From positions 1,322,204-1,386,203 of the forward strand of contig NW_003314271.1 in the NCBI RefSeq assembly GCF_000143415.4: 64,000 nucleotides of DNA. Direction: 5' to 3'. Both the position numbers and the translations under genes were made by a program. Under the pieces are notes generated by a model. That model saw only the letters and a program-made list of their open reading frames with translations, searched no databases and was not told the origin of the DNA. This document shows, piece by piece, positions 25,201-37,388 of the stretch (position 1 is the first letter of the stretch; each line of letters starts with the position of its first letter). This stretch comes from Selaginella moellendorffii (taxonomy: Eukaryota; Plantae; Lycopodiophyta).

Positions 25201-26248
25201 CGCTTTCCACTCTTGTGCGGGGCATTTCTCGGGACGGGTTATAGCACAGCTCCTCTTGCGCCATGGCTACTTTTGGCTTCGGATTCACCAGGACAGCTTG
25301 GCCTATGCAAAGTCATGTGAGCAGTGCCAACGGTTCAACCCCCGGAGCCATGTTCCACGTCTTCCTTTTCAGCTCATCACTTCTCCGGGTCCCTTTTTCC
25401 AGTGGGGACTTGACTTCGTTGGCCCGATCAACCCACCGAGCTCAAAAGGACAGCGATACATTATCGTGGTGACGGACTATTTCACAAAATGGGTCGAGGC
25501 CACCCCTTTGCGACAGGCAGATCAACAGTCTACAGCAAAGTTTGTCTACGAGTACATCATTTGCCAATTTGGAGTTCCTGCAGTTTTGGTTTCTGATCGC
25601 TTCCTTGGACAGGTGATGCAGCATCTTCTCCAGCAACTACAGGTCAAGCACGTGAAAAGCAGCAGCTATTATCCGGAGTGCAATGGCCAGGCAGAGTCCA
25701 GCAACAAAATATTAAAGACAGTCATCTCAAAGCTTGTGGAGGATCACCCAAGGCATTGGCACGAGCACTTGGTTACAGCATTGTGGGCCTTTCGGACATC
25801 CTTCAAGACATCCATCTCTGCGACCCCATTCTCCCTTGTCTATGGGACAGAGGCCATACTTCCAGTAGAGATCCAGGTGCCATCACTCTCACTTTCACTT
25901 TGATACACAGCAGCGATGCAGCTTAGCGATGAGGACAAGCTTCATGCACGTGACTTGGAGGTTCTTGCCTTAGAAGAACAGCGACGATCCACGACTGAAC
26001 ATCTCCTTCGAGGCAAGCAGAAGATCAAGTCAGTCATCGATCACCAGCGGTTTGCCGAACCATTCGAGGATGGCGATCTCGTTCTACTCAAGGAGTTCAC
26101 GCCACCTTCGAAGTTCTCCCCTCGCTGGACCGGCCCCTACTTTGTCCAGCGACACATCGGAGGCGGAGCATATATGCTAGTTGATGCTGATGGACGTGAG
26201 CTCCCACACGCTCACAATCACTCTCATCTCAAACGCTTCATTCGGTGA
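22265..26248 (+). pseudogene. Tat pol: archaeal-type RNase H, RT, RNase H, integrase (stops and frameshifts)
   Basis: YFDGAF...NEAEYFA...VGDAQLII...VPREENFWADRLS (RNase HI); CVDFRDL, FMDGFSGYNQI, VYMDD (RT); HFSG..CEQCQ, WGLDFVGP, YPECNGQAES, WTGPY (integrase). Confidence 0.92.
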
Positions 26249-27625
26249 GGCGTTCCTTTTCTCTTCTTTTTTTTTTTCTTTTTCTTCCTTTCTTTCACTT
26301 TACTTTTGTGGCTACTTTTCTTACTTTCAGAGGGTGTTTCTCCGTTGGACCATGGCCTATGCTTTGGATTTCATGCTCAGGCTGCATTGCCGTTGGTATG
26401 GAGGTTCCTCGCTTGGCTCGGTCTATGTTCCAGGTTCTTTGGCCCTTCCTTTATCATTCCTATACCCTACACATTTCCCTCACTCATTCCATATCATCTA
26501 CACTCACAATTCCATCACCACTCACTCCTAGCAGTGTTGCGCACACTTATCTCTAGATGCCCGTCTTGCATCTTTCATTCTTTCACCATCATTCACACCT
26601 CCATTTGAGGTCACATTTACACCATACCACGGACACACATACATGCACCAGCAGCAAAAGACACCACCTCATTTGGATGTGCCGTTTCCGAGATGTTCTA
26701 ACGACCATTTGCCGACGACGCACTAGCTTTTCTGGAGCAACTTTCTTCCAACCAGATGAACTTGTTCACTCGAGGCACCTAGGTGGATCTTTAGGCGAGG
26801 CCACAGAAGCCGAAGCCACTTTCTTCTGCTCCAGCACTCAGTGGACACATGCCACCTCTCTTTACCGGCAACCCAGCGACTATGCCGTCCATTTCAGCTG
26901 TTGACTTCTTCAGTCCGACAAATCAGCCTGGCCACCTTCTCAGAGAGCCACCACCATCTTAGCACTCCACCATATCACTCCACCATATTGGTGTTGGAGT
27001 TGGCGCAGGAGTAGGAGCGAGAGCAGGTGGTTACCGGTTATAGGTTATAGGTACCCGGCTACCGGTTACCGGTTACCGGCTACTCCGAGTGGTCAGTGCT
27101 TACTCTACGGGCCAACGGTTATCAATGGCTATCACTTCAGAGTGCCACCACCATCTCGGTGCTCCACTATATCACTCCATCTTTCATCATTTCCACACTT
27201 ACCACCCTTGGGCAACACATCCCCTCTCTTACCTCTCTTTCTTTCTCGATTTCGGCCAATCCTTGGAGCATACCGGAAGTCATCAAGAGGTTGCATTTGC
27301 ATATTACACTTTCCTGAGCTGAAATCCAGGTACAGGTTAAGTTCTTTGGGTACTCACTTTTTTTTCTTCTATTTTCCTCCTCTTTTCATACTTTTTCTAC
27401 ACTTTTCTTCAACTTCAGGTCCAGTTTGACTACAAAGTTTCCCACCGGGTTTTCTCCCTGTCTCCAAACTTCTCACCTACCCTTTTCTTTCTTTTCCACT
27501 CTGTTTTCTAGAGTTTCTACTATTTCACGCAGTTACCAGCACTTGGCATTAGTAGCAAAGGTACACTCTACACTCTTCGGAGGGTTCTCGCGCGTCTGGA
27601 GCCAGCACGATCCACCGTGGTCGCA

Positions 27626-27814
27626 TGTTAGGGCGTGGCCACCGAGAGAGTGAGAGAGAGAGAAGGAATATTCTGGTCCTCAAAATATTCCCCATCTTCC
27701 TTGTATAAAACCCTTGCCTCACAAGGGCAAGGGGGCGCATTTTTGGTAGAGAGCAGTGAAGCATTTCTCGTGTTTGAGCGAGCGTTGGGGGAGGTGCCCC
27801 TCCTTCCCCCAACA
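27626..27814 (+). repeat. Tat 3' LTR (189 bp)
   Basis: Direct repeat of 5591-5787. Confidence 0.92.
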
Positions 27815-30800
27815 AAGCTTGCCATAATGCAATGCTATCAAAGTTGGGGAAGCAGTTCCTGAGTGCTCAAAGAGATGGCTTTGAATGAAAGTTGATGGTC
27901 GAGGGCTTTCCTGCTTGTGCATGAAACCATGTTACATTGGTCGGATGACTTGCTAAGTGAAATTGGCAAGTCATGGGAACAAATACCCTAGTTGAAGGTT
28001 TTAACTTCAAACAGGTGGCCCATGGGGCTAAGCATGGAGGAGTTCATGCATGATCACAAATTTGTCAAGTAAAAGGACTTGGTAGTGTGGAGGAATTAGG
28101 TTCCTAAGCTGTGATTTGTAGCATGCTTTAAGTATAAGTTGGTGCACCGGCATGAGGAGTCAAACTAGGCATTTTAGGCGATGCCGTCCGTAAATGCATA
28201 TACGGAGGTTGGGTTCGAGTCCCGACCCTTTAGTGCTTGGGTTTGAGTCCCAAATCACTAGGGCGTGGTGATGGGTTGGAATATGAGGACACTCATTTTT
28301 CGGTGGTCATGGACTTTCAATGAGGAGACTGATTTGGGCACACCGCCAAGCGAGAGATGCCTCGGAGTCGTGATGCACAGTTAGATTGCTTAATGCAAAA
28401 GCTTGGCACATCTAACTTGAATGTTTTAGTGCAAATGGCACCAAAGATGTGGTGAGTGAGATGGGGACACCTAATCTCAATTGCCAGGAACCCTTGGCTG
28501 TAAGGGTTGGCTTGGGTGCACCGCCAAGTGTGGGGGATGCCCTTGGGGTCATGGTCAACAATTTAAAAGTCTAGAAGACTAAGTATCTCTTGGCAACTCT
28601 GTTAAGTTGCCAAGGTGAGATCACTAGGTGATCTTGTGGCTAAATAAGGACAAGGAGGAATGAAGTTCTTGGTTCAAAGTGTTGATTTAAACTGTTTAAG
28701 ATGGTGTAGCTTGGTCAAGATGACCAAGTGGGAAGAGCACCTAAGGGAAATAAGCTATGTCCATGCGATGGTATAGTGAGTCTGAGGAAAATAGTCTCTA
28801 TAAGAGACCCATGGGAGGGTCACTAAATTGGGCTATGAATAAAATCATAGCAGAAAATGATAAGGAGACATACTAGAGGTAAACACCCTCTAGACTTGGC
28901 AAGCAAAGTCTTTGCTATAAAACCAAAAGGATACCTCAAGAATGGAGGTAGCAATCCTATATTGTTGGGTGCAACTATCAAAGGATAGGAGCAAAAGACT
29001 AATGGCTAAGAAAAGTGCCATGGGAACCATGGGAAAGAATCCAAAAGGCAAATTTAGGCCAAACACATTAATGGGTTAGGAGCTAACAAATTGTGGGAAA
29101 AGCAAGGTGTTTCTAAGGATGGATTCCCAATTGCTCCAATTTGGCAAAAGTGGAAGCTCCAAGGGAGGGAACGATAAGGTAGCCAAATGACAGAGCCATG
29201 GATAACCTTAGCACAAATTATGATAACTGGAATTTAGTGCCTAAGTGTAAGGAACCCACTCCCCGAGATGTCGTAGGCTAAAGGATCCCTGAAAGCATGA
29301 CCGAAATGACAAAGAGTTTATCGGATGGGACCGAGTCGAAGATCGAGTCCAAGACCGACTCAGAGACCGAGTTTGAGATAGAGTCCGGGATCAAGCTGAG
29401 GCCGAATCGGAGACCGAGTTCGAGACCGAGTTCGAGACAGAGTTCGAGATCCAAATCAGGTCCGAGACCGAGTCCGAGGTCGAGTCCGAAGTCGAGTCCG
29501 AGATTGGGTCTGAGATCGAGTCCGAAATCGAGTCCGAGACCAAGTCCGAAGTCAGGTCCGAGATTGAGTCCAAGATCGATTTTGAGACTAAGTCCAAATA
29601 CTAATACAGCTCAAGGGGTGAAAGCCCAAAGCGTGCGTCTCCCGGGGGGGGGCTGTAGGGGGTTCCAAAAGTATAGTAGAGATAGTGAGGTCTAGGAACC
29701 AGTCTTGAAGGAACTCTCCAGTGGTGCTTCCAAACTGACTTGAGGTTGAGACTGGGGCCGAGGGGCCTTGGGTGGGAGTGAGCATGGGCTTGGGTGGTGC
29801 CGGAGGTGCCACCCAGGGAAGTGCTCAAGAGCAGCTCCCATTCTCGAAAGGGAAACTGACTGCGGTGCTCCTGGCTCATGTGGAGTGGTGCCCCACTTGA
29901 GTACCTTGTGGCTCATTGGTCCTCGCCCTTCCTAGGGGCTTGGGCCTTCCCTTCGGGATGGAAGTGGGGGGTAGAGATACCCATACCGGGCCGTTAGGCC
30001 ACGGTGTTTCACCCCGACGTCCCGAAGCAAGTGCTACACCCAAGGCTTGGGATTTAAAGGGTCCCATGATTAAGTCATGTGGTACCAAGGGGTGTTAGGA
30101 ATCTGGAGGCTTGGTGTGCTTGGCTGCTTATGCCTGCGGGGAGTGTAGCCGAACCTTAAGTCCAGTCTAACCCGGGGAGGGGGATTGGGAGAGATTTGGG
30201 AATCTGTAGATGGATGGCTAACACTCCGTTGCTCGTGTAGTGAGTAGTTGAAACCAAGTAGGACCAAGTAGGAGCTGGTACCATAGGCGAGAACCTTGGT
30301 GAGGGAATTTAACACAAGCCAAGGCAGAGTTGGCCGGATAGATGAGGTAAGCTGGCAAATTGGAAAAGAAAAATTTGTGGTTTACAATTTGGTATCGGAG
30401 CCTTTTCCTCAGTTCTAGCGAAGGATAGAGGCGGATTGCTGGGAGATGGCAAAGGCAGGGCGTAAGCGAACCTAGGCGGAGACAGAACCTCCGCCAGAGC
30501 TGGAGCCTCCGGTCGAACAAAAGGCTATGGATGAGGAATCCTTGCATGAGGAGGATTCCAATGAGGAAACTTCCAAACAGGAGTCCGGTGGCGAGGTTCG
30601 GTCGTCCAAGGCTCGATTGGACGTTCTAGAAGGACAATTGGCACAGACCAATGCCCTGCTAAAGACTCTTGTACGCAAGCTAAAGCGTGACGAGAAGCGG
30701 AAGAAAAAGCGAAAGACTGCGGATGCTGGTAGCGTAGAAGATGTGGACCCTTCAGCAGGGACTGAGACAAAACCAAACAAGGTCGAACAGACCGAAGTGG

Positions 30801-31291
30801 AATCAGTCCCTTAGGCAGTTCCCAAGTACAAACCAAAGCCCCCACCGATCTTCAAGGGAGTGAACGATTATAAGGTGGTGGAGGATTGGTTTTACAATAT
30901 GGAGGACTACTTCCGAGCGTTGCGGTTACCGAGCTCGGAGAAGGTCCCATGTGCAAAACCATACTTGGCAGATAATGCCAAGTCTTGGTGGAGAACGACA
31001 GAGGCCAACGAAGGACCGGTAGCCACTTGGGAAATGATGAAGGCGAGGATCCGCACAACTTACGTTCCTCCGAATGCTACTCTGCATCTAAGGGACGAGC
31101 TGAGTAGGCTGAAGCAGACCGGAACCATTCAGGAGTATGTGAATGGGTTTATGGCAAAGAGAATACTTGTCACAGACATGGGGGATATGGATGCATTCCA
31201 TGCCTTCATATCAGGTTTGCAAACCTGGGCTCGCGGTGAAGTGATGCGGTGGAACCCGACCAACTACAAGGAAGGTGCATTTCAACAATAA

Positions 31292-31485
31292 TGTAAACGC
31301 CTGAGTTTGGACTTCCCGGGAGGTCACCCAGCCCAGTACTATTCAAACCCAAGGACGCTTAACTCCAACTATCCCAAGACCCTTAACCGATTGGAAAAGG
31401 GGGTGCACTCTTGTTCATGGGCCCTTTCCCTCTATATTTGAACCCCATGGACCGTCTCTCGAGTCGTTCCCTTTGGTTGCTTACA
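31292..31485 (-). mobile_element. 194-bp solo LTR with a 5S-rRNA-related domain (Cassandra-like TRIM)
   Basis: TGTAA...TTACA ends with 5-bp TSD AATAA. GGACTTCCCGGGAGGTCACCCAGCCCAGTACTA...GACGCTTAACT resembles the reverse complement of the 5S rRNA internal promoter region. Confidence 0.8.
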
Positions 31486-34483
31486 AATAACCTGCAAAAG
31501 GGGAACACGACAGGGTCGAGATCCACGTTTAGCAAAGGGGCCAAAGCAAGGGGAACGTTTAGCAGTGGGAAATTCAAGAAGAGTTTCTCTAAGAATGAGT
31601 CCTCGGGGTTCCGGAAAGGCAAATCCGGTGGCCAGCGAGCGAGTACGTAGGGGAGTCAAGCGAAAAAAGACAAACTCACGGATAAAAAGGTCAAGTCGTA
31701 TAGCAGCGTGGGAAACAACGTATGCTACAACTGTGGTGAAGCGGGACACTTTTCGAGGGAATGTCCTTACCCGAAGAAGGCTAGAGCCAATATGGCCATC
31801 AAATCAGGTGAAGTCCAAATTGAGGTATGTGATCCAGTCCCTAACTCAAAGTTACTCATTACACGAGCAACTTTGTTAGAGAGTCGTTCACGACATCTAC
31901 TAACCCTTCGAGGAAAGCTCGAAGGTAGCTTTGTTAAGATCCTTATTGACACGGGTGCTTCGGATAATTTTGTGGCTGCAGACATAGTCCGGCAAGCCGG
32001 ACTAACAGTGTAGCAGCTAGGCGAACCAAGGACTATAGAGTTTGTTCAAGGTAGCCAAAGCATCGATGAGGTAATTCGACAAGCGAGAGTCGAAGTAGGG
32101 ACATGGAAAGTGGACATGGATTTCACCGTGTTGGACATAGAGGGATTTGACGTGATCTTCGGAATGGACTGGTTCAATTGGTTCGTGGTAGCCCTGCATG
32201 GACAAGGTAGAAACTTTGTGGTACTGGCGAATGCCCAAGGAAGAAGATCTAGGGTGGAGGCCCAGGATCTAAAGGTAGGGCAAAGCAAGGCCAAAGAATC
32301 CTGCTTAAACCTGGTGTCCACAAGAGGACAACTCACTAAAAGAACTAAGGCAGCATTTTTGTGCTTACTCTCGGTGAAGAGTGACAAAAAGACAGGAACG
32401 AAAGAAGTACCTTTAGTGATCCAATTCCAGGATACCATGCCGGAGGAGTTACCGGCAGGGTTGCCCCCTGCACGACCGATAGAACATAAGATTGAGCTGG
32501 TCGAGGGTGCTGAGGCGGTGGTTCGTCTCCCCTATCGTTTGAACGAGAAAGAACTCGAGGAGCTCAAGCGCCAACTAGAGGAGTTGGTGGACAAAGGGTA
32601 TGTTAAGTTGAGCAAATTGCCGTATGGGGCGCCAGTGTTATTTGTGAAAAAGAAAGATGGATCTATGCGCATGTGCATAGACTATCGGTTACTCAACAAG
32701 TATACAAAGAAGAACAAGTACCCTTTGCCCAGGATTGAGGACCTATTCGATAGGTTGGGAAAGGCAAAATACTTCTCGAGGATTGACCTAAGGTCAGGAT
32801 ACTACCAGATCAGGGTAGCCGAGGAATATGTCAAGAAGACAACCTGTCGAACAAGGTATGGGAGCTTTGAGTTTCTGATGATGCCCTTCGGGCTATGCAA
32901 TACGCCGGCAACGTTTTTGGTGCTGATGAACCACATCTTTGTACCCTATCTAGATCACTTCGTGGTTGTCTATATCGACGACATCCTGATCTATAGTGAG
33001 ACGCTAGAGGAGCATGCCGAACACTTGGCGAAGGTGTTTGAGAAACTAAGGGAATACAAACTGTATGCTAAAGAGAGCAAATGTGACTTTGCTCAACAAG
33101 AGGTAAAGTTTCTCGGGCATGTGGTGGGCCAGGACGGGCTCAAGGTAGACCCGGAGAAGGTCCAAGCGATCTAGGAATGGGAGCAACCATCGAATGTACA
33201 TGAGTTGAGGGTGTTCTTGGGGCTATGCAACTACTATCGAAAGTTTATCAGACACTATTCAAGAGTAGCCCTGCCCTTAACGGACCAGACAGGAAAAGGG
33301 AAGATGGTATGGACAGCAGAATGCGAGGCGGCATTCGTCCACCTCAAAGGGAAGTTGAGGAAGGCTCCCGTATTGGCATTACCAGACTTTGGTAAGGACT
33401 TTGAGGTAGAAACGGATGCTTCGGACTCTGCGTTGGGTGCAATTTTGAAACAAGACAACCATCCGGTAGCGTTCTTCTCGAAGAAGTTGGACAAGGCTCA
33501 AAGGAAGTAGCCTGCCCACGAGAAAGAATTGTTTGTGGTGGTCAAGGCGCTCAAGGAGTGGCGACACTACCTTGGGAGACACTTCAAGGTTTATACGGAC
33601 AATGTGGGAACGAAACACTTCTTGTCACAGCCCGACCTGAGAGGGAAACAAGGTTGGTGGGCCAATGCCTTGGCCGAGTTTGATTGCGAGATTCTGTACA
33701 AGCCTGGGAAGAGCAACATCGTGGCTGATGCGCTAAGTCGAAAAGCAAGCTTGAGGTTGGTGATATCCAGCGCAACAGCAACCTTCTGGGACGATATGCG
33801 GACAGCATATGAGAATGATGGTCTAGCACAAGAAGTGTTGCTGAGGAATCTAAAGGCACGGGAAGCTCACCAGAGAGGTGAGCTGCCAACGGAAGAGAAA
33901 ACGGGCTATGCGGAACGCAACAGACTCATCTATTACAAGCAAATGAGGGTATATGTTCCAGAAGGGGAACTAAGGAAGGTAGCCTTAAAAGAGTGTCATG
34001 ACAGACCTCTTGCGGGACACGGCAGAGTGCCCAAGATGATGGGCTTACTCAAGAGGAAGTACCATTGGCCAGATATGGCTAAGGACGTCTAAGACTATGT
34101 AAAGACATGTCCAACATGTCAACAGGTCAAAGCCGTGACTAAGGCTAGTGGGGGCTTGTTGCAAAGCATCCCAATTCCAGATCGTTCGTGGAAGTGTCTT
34201 ACGATGGACTTCATCACGGGACTTCCCCCAAGCGAGGGGTTTGATGCGATATTCGTGGTGGTGGACCGATTTTTGAAAATGGCACATTTCATACCCACCA
34301 CAACGGAGGTGGATGCAGAAGGTGTGGCAAAGCTGTTCTTCGAACAAGTGGTTCGAGTGCGGGGAAGACCGGAAGAGATCATCTCAGATTGAAATAAGAT
34401 CTTCACCAGTAGGTTCTGGAGGACTCTCCTAGAACAATATCGCACCAAGTTGAAATTCAGCACAGCCTATCACCCACAGACAG

Positions 34484-34530
34484 GTATGGGGTATTAAGTC
34501 AAGTTTGTTGGCACTAACACTTCTTGACAG
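34484..34530 (+). other. 47-nt spliceosomal intron in the integrase core
   Basis: GTATGG...CACTAAC...GACAG; removal restores HPQT-DGQTER and the reading frame. Confidence 0.88.
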
Positions 34531-34948
34531 ATGGACAAACGGAAAGGGTGAATAGGCAGCTGGAGGATTATTTGCGATGCTATGTCTCGGGAGACCAAAC
34601 CGATTGGGTAAGTCATTTGGGACTTGCGGAAATGTGTTATAACAACTCACCACATTCGAGTATCGGGGTGAGTCCATGGGAAGTCATCAATGGGCGAGCT
34701 ATTGAAGGTCCTGTGGAACTCGGCATGGCCGAGTATCATGGAGAGTTACCCGCAGTGGAGGCATTCACGGCGGAAAGACTCAGCATTTGGAATCTAGTGA
34801 GGGATTCCTTGGAACGGGCTCAACAAAGGCAAACCAAATACACGAACCAAAAACATCGGGATGTAGAGTTCCAAGCTGGGGAGAAGGTGTGGCTGAACAC
34901 CAAGAACCTCAGGCTACCAAGTGGGATCAGCCGGAAGTTGAACCAAAG

Positions 34949-35000
34949 GTAAAAATGCATGTATTCCTGTAAATGAGTTGATCTTGAGTTTCGTAAGCAG
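34949..35000 (+). other. 52-nt spliceosomal intron in the integrase C-terminal region
   Basis: GTAAAA...AAGCAG; removal restores KLNQR-FAGSY and the frame into the chromodomain. Confidence 0.85.
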
Positions 35001-37388
35001 GTTCGCAGGGTCTTACGAGATTGAGGCACGAATCGGTAAAGTGGCTTATCGACTCCGACTTCCTCGAGAGATGGGGAAGATGCATCCAGTGTTCCATGTG
35101 AACTTACTCAAGCCGTACTTTGAGGATCCGCTTCGCAAGGACCAAGTGAGGCCTTTATCTGAGGTTATCCAAGGGGAAGAGGAATACGAAGTCGAGGCCA
35201 TCCTCAATGCGCGCAAGAACAAGCGACAAGGATGCAAGGTGAGAGAGTTCCATGTGAAGTGGAAAGGATTTCCACACTGTGAAGCAACATGGGAACCGGA
35301 GGAGAACCTAGCGAACGCACGAGATCTAGTGGAGGAATTTCTGCAAGGCAAAACTCTATGTACTTATGCAAAGTTTAATTAAAAATATATAAATTTGCGA
35401 AGTTGAGCAAAAGGCATATGTTGGGACCCGGTAAGCTAAGTAGCATGGGTTAGCTAGGTCGACCAGGCGTAGGGCACTACGCCCGACTCCCCGTGGGGAT
35501 GTCGAATTCTATGGAGGTTGGGTTCAAGTCCCAACCCCCTAGTAAAGCAAGGCTAGGTTCAAGTCCCAACCCTATACTAGGGCGTGGTGAAGTGAGGAGT
35601 ATAGGGACACATATACTCCGTTGTCATGAGCTCTTGGCCGGGGACGCTAACTTAGGCACACCGCTAAGTGGGGGGATGCCCCCGGAGACATGGTCAACAA
35701 GTTGTAGGATAAAAAGAGACGTTCGATGTGGGCATCGAACTTCTTCTATGGGTGGTGGAGTTGTAAGGAACCCACTCCCCGAGATGTCGTAGGCTAAAGG
35801 ATCCCCGAAAGCATGACCGAAATGACAAAGAGTTTATCAGATGGGACCGAGTCGAAGATCGAGTCCAAGACCGACTCAGAGACCGAGTTCGAGATAGAGT
35901 CCGGGATCGAGCTAAGGCCGAATCGGAGACCGAGTTTGAGACCGAGTTTGAGATAGAGTCCGAGATCCAAATCGGGTCTGAGACCAAGTCCGAGGTCGAG
36001 TCCGAAGTCGAGTCTGAGATCGGGTCTGAGATCGAGTCCAAAATTGAGTCCGAGTCCAAAATTGAGTCCGAGACCAAGTCTGAAGTCGGGTCCGAGGTCG
36101 AGTTCGAGATCAATTCTGAGACTAAGTCCAAATACTAATACAGCTCAAGGGGTGAAAGCCCAAAGTGTGCGTTTCCTAGGGGGGGGGGGGGGGGGCTGCA
36201 GGGGGTTCCAAAAGTATAGTAGAGATAGTGAGGTCTAGGAACCAGTCTTGAAGGAACTCTCCAATGGTGCTTCCAAACTGACTTGAGGTTGAGATTGGGG
36301 CCGAGGGGCCTTGGGTGGGAGTGAGCATGGGCTTGGGTGGTGCCGGAGGTGCCACCCAGGGAAGTGCTCAAGAGCAGCTCCCACTCCCGAAAGGGAAACT
36401 GACTGCGGTGCTCCCGGCTCATGTGGAGTGGTGCCCCACTTGAGTACCTTGTGGCTCATTGGTCCTCGCCCTTCCTAAGGGCTTGGGCCTTCGCTTCGGG
36501 ATGGAAGTGGGGGGGTAGAGGTACCCATACCGGGCCGTTAGGCCACGGTGTTTCACCCCGACGTCCCGAAGCAAGTGTTGCACCCAAGGCTTGGGATTTA
36601 AAGGGTCCCATGATCAAGTCTTGTGGTACCAAGGGGTGTTAGGAATCTGGAGGCTTGGTGTGCTTGGCTTCTTGTGCCTGCGGGGAGTGTAGCCGAACCT
36701 TAAGTCCAGTCTAACCAAGGGAGGGGGATTGGGAGAGATTTGGGAATCCATAAATGGATGGCTAACACTCCGTTGCTCGTGTAGTGAGTAGCTGAAACCA
36801 AGTAGGAGCTGGTACCATAGGCGAGAACCTTGGCGAGGGAACTTAGCACAAGCCAAGGCAGAGTTGGCTGGATAGACGAGGTAAGCTGGCAAATTGGAAA
36901 GGAAAAATTTGTGGTTTACACTAAGGAGGTATGAAATAGAAGAGAGGATAATGGTGCCCTCAAGTAAAGAACTTTCTAGAATGGGGAAGTAGAGTTGCAC
37001 AATATGTGCAATGCAAGGTGTTGGAGACACCTAGGAAATTGACTTCAAAGTCCAAAGTAAAAGTTCCAAAGTGCAAAGGTTATATCAATGGAAACTGAGA
37101 CTACTCGAGAAGGAGTCGTGGGATTAAGATAGAGATGGTTTCTAACAGGTTTAGCGAGAACTCAACCAATAAAAGGAAAGAACCACTACAAGTGGTCTAA
37201 TCAGTCTCTAAGTTGGAGAAACTATCCTCCTTAGAGTATGGGTAAGGCATGGTGAGCCTTCGGTATCAAACCATTGACAAATATTAACGAGGTGCCAAGA
37301 ATGGAAAGGGTAATACATGTTAGTATTACTTTATAAAATAGTTTATTGTTCGATGAGGACATCGAACTTTGTCTATGGGTGGTGGAGT

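Larger units (their letters stand above)
5591..27814 (+). mobile_element. Tat-lineage Ty3/gypsy retrotransposon with an additional archaeal-type RNase H between protease and RT
   Basis: LTRs 5591-5787 and 27626-27814 (TGTTAG...CCAACA); AAGC on both flanks (5587-5590, 27815-27818). Domain order gag-PR-aRH-RT-RH-INT. Confidence 0.9.
30446..35382 (+). pseudogene. Chromovirus gag-pol (Gag, CCHC, PR, RT, RH, INT, chromodomain) with nonsense mutations and two introns in INT
   Basis: CYNCGEAGHFSREC, LIDTGAS, MCIDYR, YIDDIL, VETDAS, TMDFITGLP, EEYEVEAIL...VKWKGF...TWEPEENL. Several in-frame TAG/TAA/TGA stops in a single frame. Confidence 0.93.
29246..36920 (+). mobile_element. Full-length chromovirus (Ty3/gypsy with chromodomain), family B
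   Basis: LTRs 29246-30386 and 35762-36920 (TGTAAG...TTTACA); 5-bp TSD CTAAG; Met-PBS TGGTATCGGAGC at 30390; PPT-like GGGTGGTGGAGT before 35762. Confidence 0.95.

Noticed and set aside
31309-31366. 5S rRNA gene
   Set aside because: Partial, diverged and embedded in a TSD-flanked LTR.
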